A DNA stretch of 20,000 bases from Chthonomonadaceae bacterium (GCA_035650735.1 DASRGZ010000173.1:54615-74614), one strand, 5' to 3'. Positions 8,758-17,898 are shown, numbered from the stretch's first letter. A program made the numbers and translations. Notes: a model not told the origin generated them from the letters alone.

Positions 8758-10188
8758 TCAGGGACTTGCTTCCTTACTCAGAGCGCGGGCTGAGAGCGCT
8801 GCGCTCGTTTGCGCGACGGCTTGCGCTTCGCTCTGTCTGCCCATAGATTTCAAGGCCGAAACCAGCAAGCGGCGCGCCTGGCCATCGGTTGGGCGCAGCT
8901 GGAGCGTGCGGCGCAGCTCCACGACTGCCTGCGGGGCGCGGTCCGATTTCAAGTACCAGAGGGCGACGCTGCGATGGGCGCTTGCATCGTTGGGATGGGC
9001 GCTTACGGCGGCGCGCGCCTCGGCAAAATGGCGGGCATTAGCTTCCGCCGTCGTATAGAGCGAGATCAGGCGCTCGCCTTCGGCGCGTCTGGCCGGCTCT
9101 GACGCGCGCCGATAGATCCGACCCAATTGGAGTGCGACGGATTCAAACTGGATATCCTGGCGCGCGGCAAGCGCATAGTGACTTTCCGCTTCCGCCATCT
9201 TGCCCTGTAGCTCCAGCGCCCGACCCAGCCAGTAGTGGGCTTCCAGGTCGTCGGGACTCTGGCGCAGGGCCATGCGCGCCATCTGCTCCGCCTCCGCATA
9301 GCGCAGGGGCTTCCAGCTCGGCTCCAGCAGCAGGTGAGCCAGGCGCGTATAATCACGCGCCTGGACGGAGGGATCCGCGGAGAGCCTTATCGCGCGGCGC
9401 AGAAGCTCCTCGGCAGCGGGATAGCGTCCCTGCAAACGGTCTGCCTCCGCCAGGATGACCAGCAGCGCGGTGTTCTGCGGCCAGCGGCGCAGTCCCTCCT
9501 GTGCCGTCTGCTCCATGGCCGGATACTGATGCCGCAGATAGGCCAGCGTCGCCTGTCCGATCAGAACGCGCGGCTCCTCCGGCGCGGCGCGCGCCGCCTG
9601 ATCGAGCGCCTGCCGAGCGTCCTCAAGCCAGCCCAGATCCAGGTAGATGTCTCCCAGCCGGAGCGCTGTCTCCGCATCTCCGGGAGCGAGGCGCCGCAGC
9701 GTCTCCAGCGTCTCTAGCTCACGGTCGAGATAATTCGCCTTCCGGTAGAGAGCCGCCAGAGCACGGTAGGCCTCCACACTCTTTGGATCTAACCGAATGG
9801 CAGCGCGCAGTTCCTGGGCCGCTTCCGGCGCTTTCCCGCTCCGCGCGTAGAGGGAGGCCAGACTGATCCGGGCCGAGACGTCCCGTCTATTTTGGCGCAG
9901 GCGCTGCTCGGCAACAGCGACCTCAGCCGTTGTGGGCGGCGGCAGATCCGGAGGTGACTGTTGTCCAGGCGCAGCAGCGTGCTGGCTGGATAGGGCGGAA
10001 CTGGTTAAGAGCGGTTTGACTCCTGAAGAAGGCGGGGAATGCTGTACGCAGGAAAAGGCCAGGCCTGGCAGCAGCGTCAGCAGGCAAGCAGCCCATCGTG
10101 CGCCGGAGTTTAGGTTCGACGCTCGTAAACGACGCCTGATATTCACCATGTTTATAGGCTGAGTCAGCCGATTATGACCTATGCCCAT
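8758..10188 (-). CDS. TPR protein with signal peptide/possible lipobox and Pro-rich linker
   Basis: WAACLLTLLPGLAFSC, a PPDLPPP linker, then many TPRs (AAQELRAAIRLDPKSVEAYRALA, AHYWLGRALELQG). Start uncertain (10188 or 10149). Confidence 0.85.
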   Translation of the reverse strand: MGIGHNRLTQPINMVNIRRRLRASNLNSGARWAACLLTLLPGLAFSCVQHSPPSSGVKPLLTSSALSSQHAAAPGQQSPPDLPPPTTAEVAVAEQRLRQNRRDVSARISLASLYARSGKAPEAAQELRAAIRLDPKSVEAYRALAALYRKANYLDRELETLETLRRLAPGDAETALRLGDIYLDLGWLEDARQALDQAARAAPEEPRVLIGQATLAYLRHQYPAMEQTAQEGLRRWPQNTALLVILAEADRLQGRYPAAEELLRRAIRLSADPSVQARDYTRLAHLLLEPSWKPLRYAEAEQMARMALRQSPDDLEAHYWLGRALELQGKMAEAESHYALAARQDIQFESVALQLGRIYRRASEPARRAEGERLISLYTTAEANARHFAEARAAVSAHPNDASAHRSVALWYLKSDRAPQAVVELRRTLQLRPTDGQARRLLVSALKSMGRQSEAQAVAQTSAALSARALSKEASP

Positions 10189-10243
10189 CTCAACGGGTCA
10201 TTCCGAGGGCTAGAGAACTATCCGTACAGAGAAGCAAAGGGCA

Positions 10244-10483
10244 TCACCTGCCGGAGGGAGCGGGAGTAGCTGCGGCGCTGCCCGCGTTCCCCTGTCCGGA
10301 TGGATGCGCGCTCTGGTATCGCTGCTGCATCATCTGCTGCATACCTTTTTCCATCCTCGCTTTGCTTTCCTGGGGCGTCAGCTTTGTCTCATGGAAGTAG
10401 GTCATATAGAGTCCTCCCACGATGGCCAGGGCAGCGACAACGATAACGACAACGGCGACGGGTCCGCTAATCTTTTGCTTCAT
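10244..10483 (-). CDS. Small single-TM protein (MKQKIS type), paralog of 17902-18129
   Basis: Basic N-terminus, ~20-aa hydrophobic helix, low-complexity tail; AAGGAAG RBS; paralog in the same context. Confidence 0.85.
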   Translation of the reverse strand: MKQKISGPVAVVVIVVAALAIVGGLYMTYFHETKLTPQESKARMEKGMQQMMQQRYQSAHPSGQGNAGSAAATPAPSGR

Positions 10484-10528
10484 CACAACTTCCTTAGAGT
10501 TTAGAGTACAGTTTCGAAAGCGGAGCGG

Positions 10529-10581
10529 GGCAGGCGCAATACAGAGACGCCCATTCGGTTTGCTTTCCGATTGCGCCTGCC
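10529..10581 (-). other. Intergenic stem-loop just after the DUF1559 stop
   Basis: ggcaggcgcaat (10529-10540) and attgcgcctgcc (10570-10581) form a perfect 12-bp stem with a 29-nt loop; no U-tract. Confidence 0.6.
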
Positions 10582-10591
10582 GCCCTTCAAT

Positions 10592-11482
10592 CTACCGGAC
10601 GAAAGTGCCCCGGAACAGATCGTTTGTCGTCTGGGTGTTCTTGAGCCACTTGACGTGCCCATCCGCATAGCCGATCACCTGCCCACCGGAATGGCGCGTG
10701 CCGCTCTCCCACTCCGGTTTGGCCAGCGTGCAGTCGTTAGCCCAGGTGCCATCGTTGTTCTGGGAATAGGCGACACGGCGAATCAGGCAGTTGTGGTTGG
10801 GATCGTTGGGGTTGTTCGGATCCGGGTAGGTGCCCCAGCTCACGCCGTCCGCCGGGTAGGGGCTGCCGGTCGTGAAGTGGACCGAATCGGCGAACGCCAT
10901 CACCTGCGCCGGTTTCTCCAGTTGCGAGTCGGTGGTGGGGCTGGTGCCGTTACCGAAGAGCTCGCCAAAGTGGAGCGGCTCGCTCATGCCATAGGAGACC
11001 TGCTGCTTGAGCACGGCAGGATTGATCCCGAGTTTCTCGCCCACGCCGGCCTTGCTCAGATCCTGGTTTGTCCACCACCAGATATTGCTGTTGGCAGGGG
11101 TAAGCTGCTGCGCATCGCTGGGGCAGGCATAGATCTGGGAATTCTTGCTATACGTATAGACGGCGTTGATCCAGAGCGTCTCATAGCGTCCGCAGCCCGC
11201 ATCCAGGGCCGGGTTGCCCCGGCTGCCGCAGCCGCCTGCATCCGATTGGTACCACCAGTTCCAGTAAGGGAAGTTGCCGTCGTAGTCCTGGACGTACATC
11301 ATGGCGGCCAGAGTCAACTGTTTCAGGTTGGATGTACAAGAAGCCTGGCGGGCTTTGGCGCGCGCCTGGGCGAAGACGGGGAACAGGATCGCCGCGAGAA
11401 TCGCAATAATGGCGATGACGACGAGCAATTCGATCAGAGTAAACGCCGTACGGCGCTTTCGATACGGAGATGCGATCTGCAT
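10592..11482 (-). CDS. DUF1559-type prepilin N-terminal cleavage/methylation protein with C-terminal H-X9-DG motif
   Basis: [55 protein letters not shown] and [25 protein letters not shown] before ATG 11482. Confidence 0.93.
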   Translation of the reverse strand: MQIASPYRKRRTAFTLIELLVVIAIIAILAAILFPVFAQARAKARQASCTSNLKQLTLAAMMYVQDYDGNFPYWNWWYQSDAGGCGSRGNPALDAGCGRYETLWINAVYTYSKNSQIYACPSDAQQLTPANSNIWWWTNQDLSKAGVGEKLGINPAVLKQQVSYGMSEPLHFGELFGNGTSPTTDSQLEKPAQVMAFADSVHFTTGSPYPADGVSWGTYPDPNNPNDPNHNCLIRRVAYSQNNDGTWANDCTLAKPEWESGTRHSGGQVIGYADGHVKWLKNTQTTNDLFRGTFVR

Positions 11483-11735
11483 GTTAATTCTCCTCAAAGA
11501 GATGGTCTGCCGGCAGCGGCAAAGCCTTACAGCGTAGTTAGACGAAAGAATGAGAACCTCAATCAGGCCGGATTATGGGCAGTGACGGCTCCCCATGCGG
11601 AAGCGCCGGGCTTCTACGGTCTTGCACCGATGTTGTGCCGTCCCATAGGTTTCAATCCTCGCCCAGCCTAAGCACCGGGCGCATCGAATCCAATTCGTAA
11701 ATCGCAACGGAGTGTTCTCACCTCCTCCCTTTTCT

Positions 11736-11766
11736 CATCCATCGGGCTCAAGCCCACGACGGGATG
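11736..11766 (-). other. Stem-loop after the LacI stop
   Basis: Minus-strand catcccgtcgtgggc-ttga-gcccgatggatg forms an imperfect hairpin about 10 nt after the stop. Confidence 0.45.
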
Positions 11767-11775
11767 CCCATTATG

Positions 11776-12831
11776 TCAGACAGCCAGATTGCTACCAAAC
11801 GAAACGGGTGGCGCGGTAGATTGCCGGATAATAAGCTCGACCGGGCAGATAACCCCGGAAGGCATTTTGGCATCCGGCACGGCGCAGAGAGTCTCCAGCG
11901 CGAACTCCACGGCGGCTTTGCCCAGGCAATCCGGGTCTTGCCGCACGGTCGTCAGGGACGGCAGCATGGTGCGCGCGGAAGGCGCATCGTCGAACCCGAC
12001 AACGGAGAGGTCTTCCGGAATGCGCAAACCCCGCTCCCGTGCGGCCTGATAGACGTCCTCCGCCGCAAAATCGTACCAGGTCAGCAGGGCCGTCGGCGGC
12101 GTGTCGGCGGCCAGCCATTGGTCTAGCTGCGCAGCCGTGGCGTCGGCGTTCCAGGTATAGGGCTGTATCCAGTCCTCGCGCACCGGCAGGCCGTGCGCCT
12201 GGAGCGCTTTGCGGAACGCGGCCACGCGCGCAAGAACAATTGGCTCGTCGCTGCGCCCGGTCAGGTAGGCGATATGGCGGTGTCCCAGCCCTGCCAGATG
12301 GGCGATAGCCGCATAGATGCCGCCCTCGTTATCGCTATCCACCCAGCGCGCGTGGGGACCGGAGTCGCGGCTCAGCACGGTGATGGCCGGGATGCCGACG
12401 CTCTGTAGATACTCCACCAGCGCGCTCCGGTTGGGCGGGTTGATGAGCAGAAACGCATCGCTGCGCCCATCGCTATAGCGCAGGAATTCTTCGATCCCGG
12501 CGTCCTGATCCGGAAAGCCGTAGATCTGGGGGTTATAGCCGCGCTCCAGGGCATGATAGAAGATCGCCGAGAGCAGGGCATGCTCGAAAGCATGAGGCGC
12601 CATCTTCGCAAACGGCTGCACCGCGCAGACGATCCCAAGTACCTCCGCTCGCCGCCGCACCAACGCCCGCGCTACGGCATGAGGACGGAACTGTAGCGTC
12701 TCCGCTGCCGCCAGCACCCGCTCGCGCGTAGCAGGCGGAATTCGGTTGTTGCCGTTGAGCGCCAGGGAGGCGGTCGTCTTGGAGACGCCTGCGGCCAGCG
12801 CTACATCTGCCAGGGTGGGTCGCTTTCTCAT
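11776..12831 (-). CDS. LacI/GalR-family transcriptional regulator
   Basis: HTH PTLADVALAAGVSKTTASLALN, hinge FRPHAVARAL, and C-terminal IPEDLSVVGFDD...PSLTTVRQ...LIIRQST. Start at ATG 12831 after GAAGGGGG. Confidence 0.95.
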   Translation of the reverse strand: MRKRPTLADVALAAGVSKTTASLALNGNNRIPPATRERVLAAAETLQFRPHAVARALVRRRAEVLGIVCAVQPFAKMAPHAFEHALLSAIFYHALERGYNPQIYGFPDQDAGIEEFLRYSDGRSDAFLLINPPNRSALVEYLQSVGIPAITVLSRDSGPHARWVDSDNEGGIYAAIAHLAGLGHRHIAYLTGRSDEPIVLARVAAFRKALQAHGLPVREDWIQPYTWNADATAAQLDQWLAADTPPTALLTWYDFAAEDVYQAARERGLRIPEDLSVVGFDDAPSARTMLPSLTTVRQDPDCLGKAAVEFALETLCAVPDAKMPSGVICPVELIIRQSTAPPVSFGSNLAV

Positions 12832-12855
12832 GCCAGGTAGAATTCCCCCTTCACG

Positions 12856-12969
12856 GGCGGCTGCATAGGGCAAACCGTCGCGACCGGGGCCGCTCTCTTC
12901 TCGGCTTCTCGCCGCCGGACGGCCTTCCTTATTGGCGGCTGCGCGGGGCAAACCGTAGCGATTGCGGCC
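12856..12969. repeat. Imperfect direct repeat (2 x 36 bp, 78 bp apart) in the LacI leader
   Basis: 12856-12891 and 12934-12969 share 29/36 nt, core ggcggctgc-N3-gggcaaaccgt-N-gcga. Confidence 0.7.
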
Positions 12970-12973
12970 CGTA

Positions 12974-12987
12974 GTAAATCGGTTCAC
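12974..12987. promoter_or_regulatory. LacI-type operator GTAAATCGGTTCAC
   Basis: Pseudo-palindrome GTRAAYCGRTTYAC with a central CG; exact reverse complement at 15067-15080; 8 bp downstream of a -10 box. Confidence 0.8.
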
Positions 12988-12995
12988 CTGCTCTT

Positions 12996-13024
12996 AGATT
13001 AACAAACGATGTGACCGTTGTCAA
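12996..13024 (-). promoter_or_regulatory. Sigma70-like promoter for the LacI gene
   Basis: Minus strand TTGACA (13024-13019), 17-bp spacer ending in TGn, TAATCT (13001-12996). Confidence 0.8.
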
Positions 13025-13062
13025 GTGTTTTTTTGGCGGTACGGAATAAGACTGGAACAACT

Positions 13063-13139
13063 GCGGGCGCGGTTCGGAGGCGCGCTCGGCCAGCGTTCGA
13101 GGCCACCTGGAGGACCCAACCTCCGCAAACGCGGCCCGC
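13063..13139 (-). terminator. Long GC-rich hairpin after the 2-hydroxyacid dehydrogenase gene
   Basis: gcgggcgcggttcggagg (13063-13080) pairs imperfectly with cctccgcaaacgcggcccgc (13120-13139); tail only weakly U-rich. Confidence 0.4.
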
Positions 13140-13156
13140 CTGCGGCGTCCGGGAGT

Positions 13157-14161
13157 TCAGCCGCGATTGCGAATGTACTCCGGCTGGGCGACCTGCATCT
13201 CCTGGGGAGGCAGGCCCGCCAGGATCGCCTCCAGGTCGTTGATGACCATGCGCCCGATCATGCGGTAGGTCTCCGGGCCGCCGCCCGCCCGGTGCGCCGA
13301 CAGGATCGCGCCCGGCGCCAGCCGGATCGGATGGTCTGGCGGCAGCGGCTCGGTTGGGAAGACGTCAATGGCTGCTTTGAGCCGCCCGGCCAGCACCATC
13401 TCGGTCAGCGCGTCGAAGTCCACCAGATGCGCCCGGCTGATCAGCACCAGCACGGCGCCCGGCTGCATCGACTCCAGCCGCTCGCGGCTGAGGAGGGCGC
13501 GGTTGGCTTTGCTGGGAACGGCCAGCACAAAAACAACGCGCGACGTGCGCAGCAGCGTCTCCAGGCTGACGGGCGTGACGCCCTGCGTGCGCAGATAGGC
13601 GTCGGTCAGCCAGGGGTCGTAGACCTGAATCTGACAGCGGAAGGGGGCCAGCAGCGACTTGAGCGCGCGTGCCAGCCCGCCGAACCCGATAAAACCGACG
13701 GGCTTATCAAAGAGCAGGAAGTCATGCACATTGCCCGCGTAGCCCCAGACCTCTCGCCCGGCGCGAAACGCGGCGTCGCTGGCCACGATGTCCCGGGCGG
13801 CGGCGATGGCCATGCCCAGCGCCATCTCCGCCACTGCCGGCGCAAAGCCCGGCGCGCAGCTTAAGACACGGATGCCGCGCGCAAAGCAGGTCGGATAATC
13901 CAGGATTTCCGGGCTGGGGAAGCTGCCGCCGACCTCCAGGATGGCGCGCAGCTTCGGAAACGCCGCTACGGAGCCGTAGCGCCAGCCGCCCGTGATGATG
14001 GCGACGATCTCCTCCCGCACGACCTCCACGGCTTCTGGGGGCATCGGCTCGTCCCGCGCCCAGACGATTTCGGCCAACGTGCGCAGGCGCTCCATCTCCT
14101 CCGCCCCGAACAGAGACGCCATCTTGCGAAAATGGGGATCGAGAATGACCTTCTCGGTCAT
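13157..14161 (-). CDS. D-isomer-specific 2-hydroxyacid dehydrogenase
   Basis: AVAEMALG, GFIGFGGLAR, YDPW, LISRAHLVD, DVFPTEP and SAHRAG. GAGGAG RBS before ATG 14161 (MTEKVIL). Confidence 0.9.
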   Translation of the reverse strand: MTEKVILDPHFRKMASLFGAEEMERLRTLAEIVWARDEPMPPEAVEVVREEIVAIITGGWRYGSVAAFPKLRAILEVGGSFPSPEILDYPTCFARGIRVLSCAPGFAPAVAEMALGMAIAAARDIVASDAAFRAGREVWGYAGNVHDFLLFDKPVGFIGFGGLARALKSLLAPFRCQIQVYDPWLTDAYLRTQGVTPVSLETLLRTSRVVFVLAVPSKANRALLSRERLESMQPGAVLVLISRAHLVDFDALTEMVLAGRLKAAIDVFPTEPLPPDHPIRLAPGAILSAHRAGGGPETYRMIGRMVINDLEAILAGLPPQEMQVAQPEYIRNRG

Positions 14162-14175
14162 GGAGTGGCGCTCCT

Positions 14176-14979
14176 CTAGAAGTTGGGGATAGGCGAGTAG
14201 TCGTTCTTGCCGCCGGTGCGGTCTTTGCCGCGTACCAGATAGATTCTGTGCTCCCTGTTCCAGCCTTCTCGGTGGAGCTTGACATGGGCCGGCATGTAGC
14301 GCATGGTATAGCCGCAGCGGCGCTTGGTGGAGGTGTTCGGGTTCGAGCCGTGAACCGTCCAGGCGTCGTGGAAGTGGCATTCGCCGACCGCCAGTTCGAG
14401 GTCTACGACTTTGTTCTCGTCAATCAGTTCGGGCGGGATGCGCGCATGGAAGACGTTGGTGCTTTTATCCACCGGCTCGTAAGCCTCAATGGCCGTCTTC
14501 ATCGCCCGGTGTGAGCCGGGAAGGACGCGCATACAGCCGTTCTCTACGGTGGACTCATCCACGGCCAGCCAGAGCGTGATGACCTCCATGGGATCGAGGC
14601 GTCGGTTCCAGTACGCGCCGTCGGTGTGCCAGGGAACGGCCTTGCCGTCGCCCTTGGGCTTGGCGATGAAGTGGCTGGACCAGAGAACAATGTCCGGCCC
14701 GATAAAATCTTCGATCACGTCCAGGACGCGCGGATCGGTCAGGTAGCGGAACAGCCACGGGTCGGTAAAGTGGGGGACGTCCATCTCTTCGGGGCGCTTG
14801 CCTTCCGGGAGGGCCGCGATCATCTCATCCACATGCTGGCGGAGGGCCTCGATTTCGGCCTGCGTGAAAATACGTCCAAACTTTAAGTAACCGTTCTCAC
14901 GGTAAAGGGCGACCTGTTCCGGCGTGGCGTGCCGCACCGTTTCGCTGTCTTTCCAGGTCGGCGGCGTTGCGATGGTCAT
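14176..14979 (-). CDS. Phytanoyl-CoA dioxygenase (PhyH)-family Fe(II)/2-oxoglutarate dioxygenase
   Basis: YRENGYL, WHTDG (HxD), WLAVDESTVENGCMRVLPGSH and VHGSNPN...RR. AAAGGAG RBS. Confidence 0.92.
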   Translation of the reverse strand: MTIATPPTWKDSETVRHATPEQVALYRENGYLKFGRIFTQAEIEALRQHVDEMIAALPEGKRPEEMDVPHFTDPWLFRYLTDPRVLDVIEDFIGPDIVLWSSHFIAKPKGDGKAVPWHTDGAYWNRRLDPMEVITLWLAVDESTVENGCMRVLPGSHRAMKTAIEAYEPVDKSTNVFHARIPPELIDENKVVDLELAVGECHFHDAWTVHGSNPNTSTKRRCGYTMRYMPAHVKLHREGWNREHRIYLVRGKDRTGGKNDYSPIPNF

Positions 14980-15066
14980 GGGGGTCTTCTCCTTTGAGTT
15001 CCCTGGAGGTAAGCCAGAAGCCGTTCGAGTAAGGGCAGCTTCCTGGCGGGAATACTATTCGCGTTG

Positions 15067-15080
15067 GTGAACCGATTTAC
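15067..15080. promoter_or_regulatory. LacI-type operator GTGAACCGATTTAC
   Basis: Identical to the reverse complement of 12974-12987; 8 bp downstream of a -10 box. Confidence 0.8.
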
Positions 15081-15088
15081 CTGCACAG

Positions 15089-15118
15089 AGCATACCAAAA
15101 CAAATGGAGGGTTGTCAA
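15089..15118 (-). promoter_or_regulatory. Sigma70-like promoter for the PhyH / 2-hydroxyacid dehydrogenase operon
   Basis: Minus strand TTGACA (15118-15113), 18-bp spacer ending in TGn, TATGCT (15094-15089). Confidence 0.8.
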
Positions 15119-15248
15119 GGCTCTTTTATGCGTTTGCGAGAATGCAGGGAGAAGGAACAGGCTGGCGTTGGGGTGAATAGGCTCATGAAAAAGGACAGCC
15201 CCTCCGTAGACGTTTGGGCTGCCTTATCCTGCATGGGAGCCTTTGCCG

Positions 15249-17402
15249 ATGTGTCGGTTCTCTCTCTTTTTGCGCGCGCTGCTGACGGCAGCCGCCCTGG
15301 GGGTTGTTATGCCGCTTGCACAAGCCGCTACGCTCTATGTCGCGCCCGACGGCAACGATGCCTGGTCCGGGAGGCGATCACGCCCCAACGCCGCGCATAG
15401 TGACGGCCCGCTGGCCTCCCTGGCGGGCGCGCGGGACGCCATCCGCCGGCTCAAGGCGGGCGGGCCGCTGACCGAAGCCGTGCGCGTTGTCATTGCGGGG
15501 GGCCGCTACACGCTGACCGAGCCGATCGTCTTCGGCCCGCAGGATAGCGGCACGGAGCGCTTTCGCATCGTCTACGAGGCGGCGCGTGGGGCCAGGCCGA
15601 TCTTCAGCGGCGGGCGCGTTCTGGGCGGCTTTCAGCCCGGAGCGGACGGCCTCTGGAGGACGGTCGTGCCGGAGGTTAAGGCCGGGAAATGGACCTTCGA
15701 GCAGCTCTTCGTCAATGGCAGGCGGGCGACGCGGGCGCGCACGCCCAACAAGTTCTATTTTTATATGCAGGGCAAGGTCGGTGAGGGCACCGACCCGCTG
15801 ACCGGCAAGCAGACCAATCTCGCCAACCGGGCCTTTATCGCCCGCCCCGAAGACATCCAGCCGCTGCTCGGCCTCTCGCCGGAACAGCTCCGCGACGTGA
15901 CGCTGGTGGCCTATCATTCCTGGGAGGTCTCGCGCCTGCGAATCGCCGCCATTGACCCGAGGACCAACATGGTAATCACGACCGGGCCGGCGGCGTGGCC
16001 GTTTCTGGAGTGGGGGCCGAGCCAGCGCTACCATCTGGAGAATTTCAAAGCGGCGCTGGATGCTCCCGGCGAGTGGTTCCTGGATCGCGACGGCACGCTG
16101 ACCTATAAGCCGCTGCCCGGTGAGGAGTGGACAAAGGCGGAGGTCGTCGCGCCGGTGGTGGAGCAGTTCGTGCGCTTTGAGGGCGAGCCGGGACGGAAGG
16201 TGGCACATATCACGCTCAAAGGGCTTTCCTTCCAGCACGGGCAGCGCCTTCTGGAGCCGGAGGGCCACAGCGACTCACAGGCCGCCTATAGCGTTCCCGC
16301 CGTCCTCATGGCCGATGACGCGCAGGACATCGCCATACAGAACTGCGAGATCGCCCACATCGGCGACTACGGCATCTGGTTTCGGCGCGGCTGCTCCAAT
16401 TGCCGGGTCGAGCATACCTACATTCATGATCTAGGCGCGGGCGGCGTGCGCATCGGCGAGGGCGAGATACGCCCGGAGGAGGCGGAGCGCACCGGCCATA
16501 TCACCGTGGACAACAACATCATCCAATCCGGCGGGCATCTCTTTATGGGCGCGGTGGGAGTCTGGATCGGCCAGAGCGGCGATAACCGCGTCACGCATAA
16601 CGACATTGGCGACTTCCGCTACACGGGCGTCTCGGTCGGCTGGCGCTGGGGTTACGACGAGAGCCTGGCGAAGCGCAACGTCATCAACTTCAACCACATC
16701 CACCATCTCGGCTGGGGCATCCTGAGCGACATGGGCGGCGTCTACACGCTCGGCCCCTCCGAGGGCACGACCGTCAACAACAACTGCATCCACGACGTCT
16801 ACTCGTATGACCGCTACGGGCGCGGCGGCTGGGGCCTCTATAACGACGAAGGCTCCACGCATATCCTCCTGGAGAACAACCTGGTCTACAATACCAAGAC
16901 CGGCGGCTACCACCAGCACTACGGCAAGGAGAACCGCGTCCGCAACAACATCTTCGCCTTCAGCATGGACGGGCAGTTGCAGCGCTCGCGCGTGGAAGAG
17001 CATATCTCCTTCTTCTTCGAGCGCAACATCGTCTACTGGAAGGGCGGCAGGCTCTTCACCGGCTCGTGGAAGGATGCCAACGTCGTACTCGATCACAACC
17101 TCTACTGGGACGCCTCCGGAGCGCCGATCTCTTTTGAGGGCCTGAGTTTTGAGCAGTGGCAGCGGCTCGGCAAGGATGCCGGCTCGCTGGTGGCCGATCC
17201 GAAGTTTGTCGCGCCCGACCGCTACGATTTCCGCCTGCGTCCCGACTCGCCCGCCTTTTCTATTGGCTTTCAGCCGTTCGACTACCGCCAAGCGGGTGTC
17301 TACGGCGATCCGGCCTGGGTGCGGCTGGCAAAGCGCGCAGCCTATCCGCCCGTGGAGTTTGCGCCGGAGCCGCCGCCATCCACTGCAACGACCTCCCGCT
17401 AG
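15249..17402 (+). CDS. Secreted right-handed parallel beta-helix protein, GH141-like glycoside hydrolase
   Basis: Signal peptide ending [17 protein letters not shown]...[17 protein letters not shown]; beta-helix repeats; [11 protein letters not shown] and GLYNDEGS motifs. GGGAG before ATG 15249. Confidence 0.8.
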   Translation: MCRFSLFLRALLTAAALGVVMPLAQAATLYVAPDGNDAWSGRRSRPNAAHSDGPLASLAGARDAIRRLKAGGPLTEAVRVVIAGGRYTLTEPIVFGPQDSGTERFRIVYEAARGARPIFSGGRVLGGFQPGADGLWRTVVPEVKAGKWTFEQLFVNGRRATRARTPNKFYFYMQGKVGEGTDPLTGKQTNLANRAFIARPEDIQPLLGLSPEQLRDVTLVAYHSWEVSRLRIAAIDPRTNMVITTGPAAWPFLEWGPSQRYHLENFKAALDAPGEWFLDRDGTLTYKPLPGEEWTKAEVVAPVVEQFVRFEGEPGRKVAHITLKGLSFQHGQRLLEPEGHSDSQAAYSVPAVLMADDAQDIAIQNCEIAHIGDYGIWFRRGCSNCRVEHTYIHDLGAGGVRIGEGEIRPEEAERTGHITVDNNIIQSGGHLFMGAVGVWIGQSGDNRVTHNDIGDFRYTGVSVGWRWGYDESLAKRNVINFNHIHHLGWGILSDMGGVYTLGPSEGTTVNNNCIHDVYSYDRYGRGGWGLYNDEGSTHILLENNLVYNTKTGGYHQHYGKENRVRNNIFAFSMDGQLQRSRVEEHISFFFERNIVYWKGGRLFTGSWKDANVVLDHNLYWDASGAPISFEGLSFEQWQRLGKDAGSLVADPKFVAPDRYDFRLRPDSPAFSIGFQPFDYRQAGVYGDPAWVRLAKRAAYPPVEFAPEPPPSTATTSR

Positions 17403-17431
17403 TCCACCACGCAAACAGGGGTCCTCTCACA

Positions 17432-17898
17432 TTGAGCCGGGTACGTTCTATGCCCGGCTCAAGCTCTTTGTGACCGGGCATTGAAAATACCCGTCTGTAG
17501 GGCGGCTACGCCGCCAACCGTCCTTCGGACGGAACACCTGGCTTTACTGTGCGTCCGCCAGGGCGCTTGGCCGTTAGGCCCTAGAGCCGGGGGTTGAAAA
17601 CCCCGGACCTAGCCGGGCATGGAAAATACCCGTCTGTAGGGCGGCTACGCCGCCAACCGTCCTTCGGACGGAACAACCGGCATGGCGGCAGGTGGTTGCC
17701 TTAGTAAAGCGGGAAGAACCTGCCGCAGCGAGGCGTCCGCTAGTCGCAAGGCAGAGGCGCGAGTGTCGCCAGGCGGAGATCGCCAGGCAGAGCCGCGAGC
17801 CGTTGAGCGGCGTCCCTGGCAGTCGAGCGTGCGTAGTTCCGACCCTAGCAGTCGCTTGGCGGCGTAGCCGCCCTAGAGACGGGTACTTTCAGTACCCG
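17432..17898. repeat. Cluster of REP-like three-hairpin units in alternating orientation
   Basis: Unit of ~63 bp ccgggcat(t/g)gaaaatacccgtctgtagggcggctacgccgccaaccgtccttcggacggaaca at 17474-17536 and 17613-17675 (1 mismatch); inverted variants at 17551-17606 and 17836-17898; related hairpin at 17432-17462. Confidence 0.85.

Noticed and set aside
10592..11482. Canonical type IV pilus or T2SS locus
   Set aside because: No assembly ATPase, platform protein, secretin or prepilin peptidase in the window; the protein is of the DUF1559/H-X9-DG type.
11697..11710. Third full LacI operator upstream of the DUF1559 gene
   Set aside because: Only the 8-bp half GTAAATCG matches; the other half (CAACGG) does not, and no matching promoter was seen.
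12856..12969. c-di-GMP-I riboswitch (GGCAAACC motif)
   Set aside because: The motif is antisense to the LacI transcript and lacks the following GNRA-capped stem and GCAAAGC elements.
14162..14380. ORF-track N-terminal extensions (also 7424-7549, 6363-6404, 18130-18177, 11483-11497)
   Set aside because: They overlap upstream genes or lack an RBS; internal ATGs mostly have a clear SD and match where the family domain begins.
17474..17675. CRISPR array
   Set aside because: Only two direct copies, 63 bp long; the intervening sequence is itself an inverted variant; no cas genes in the window.
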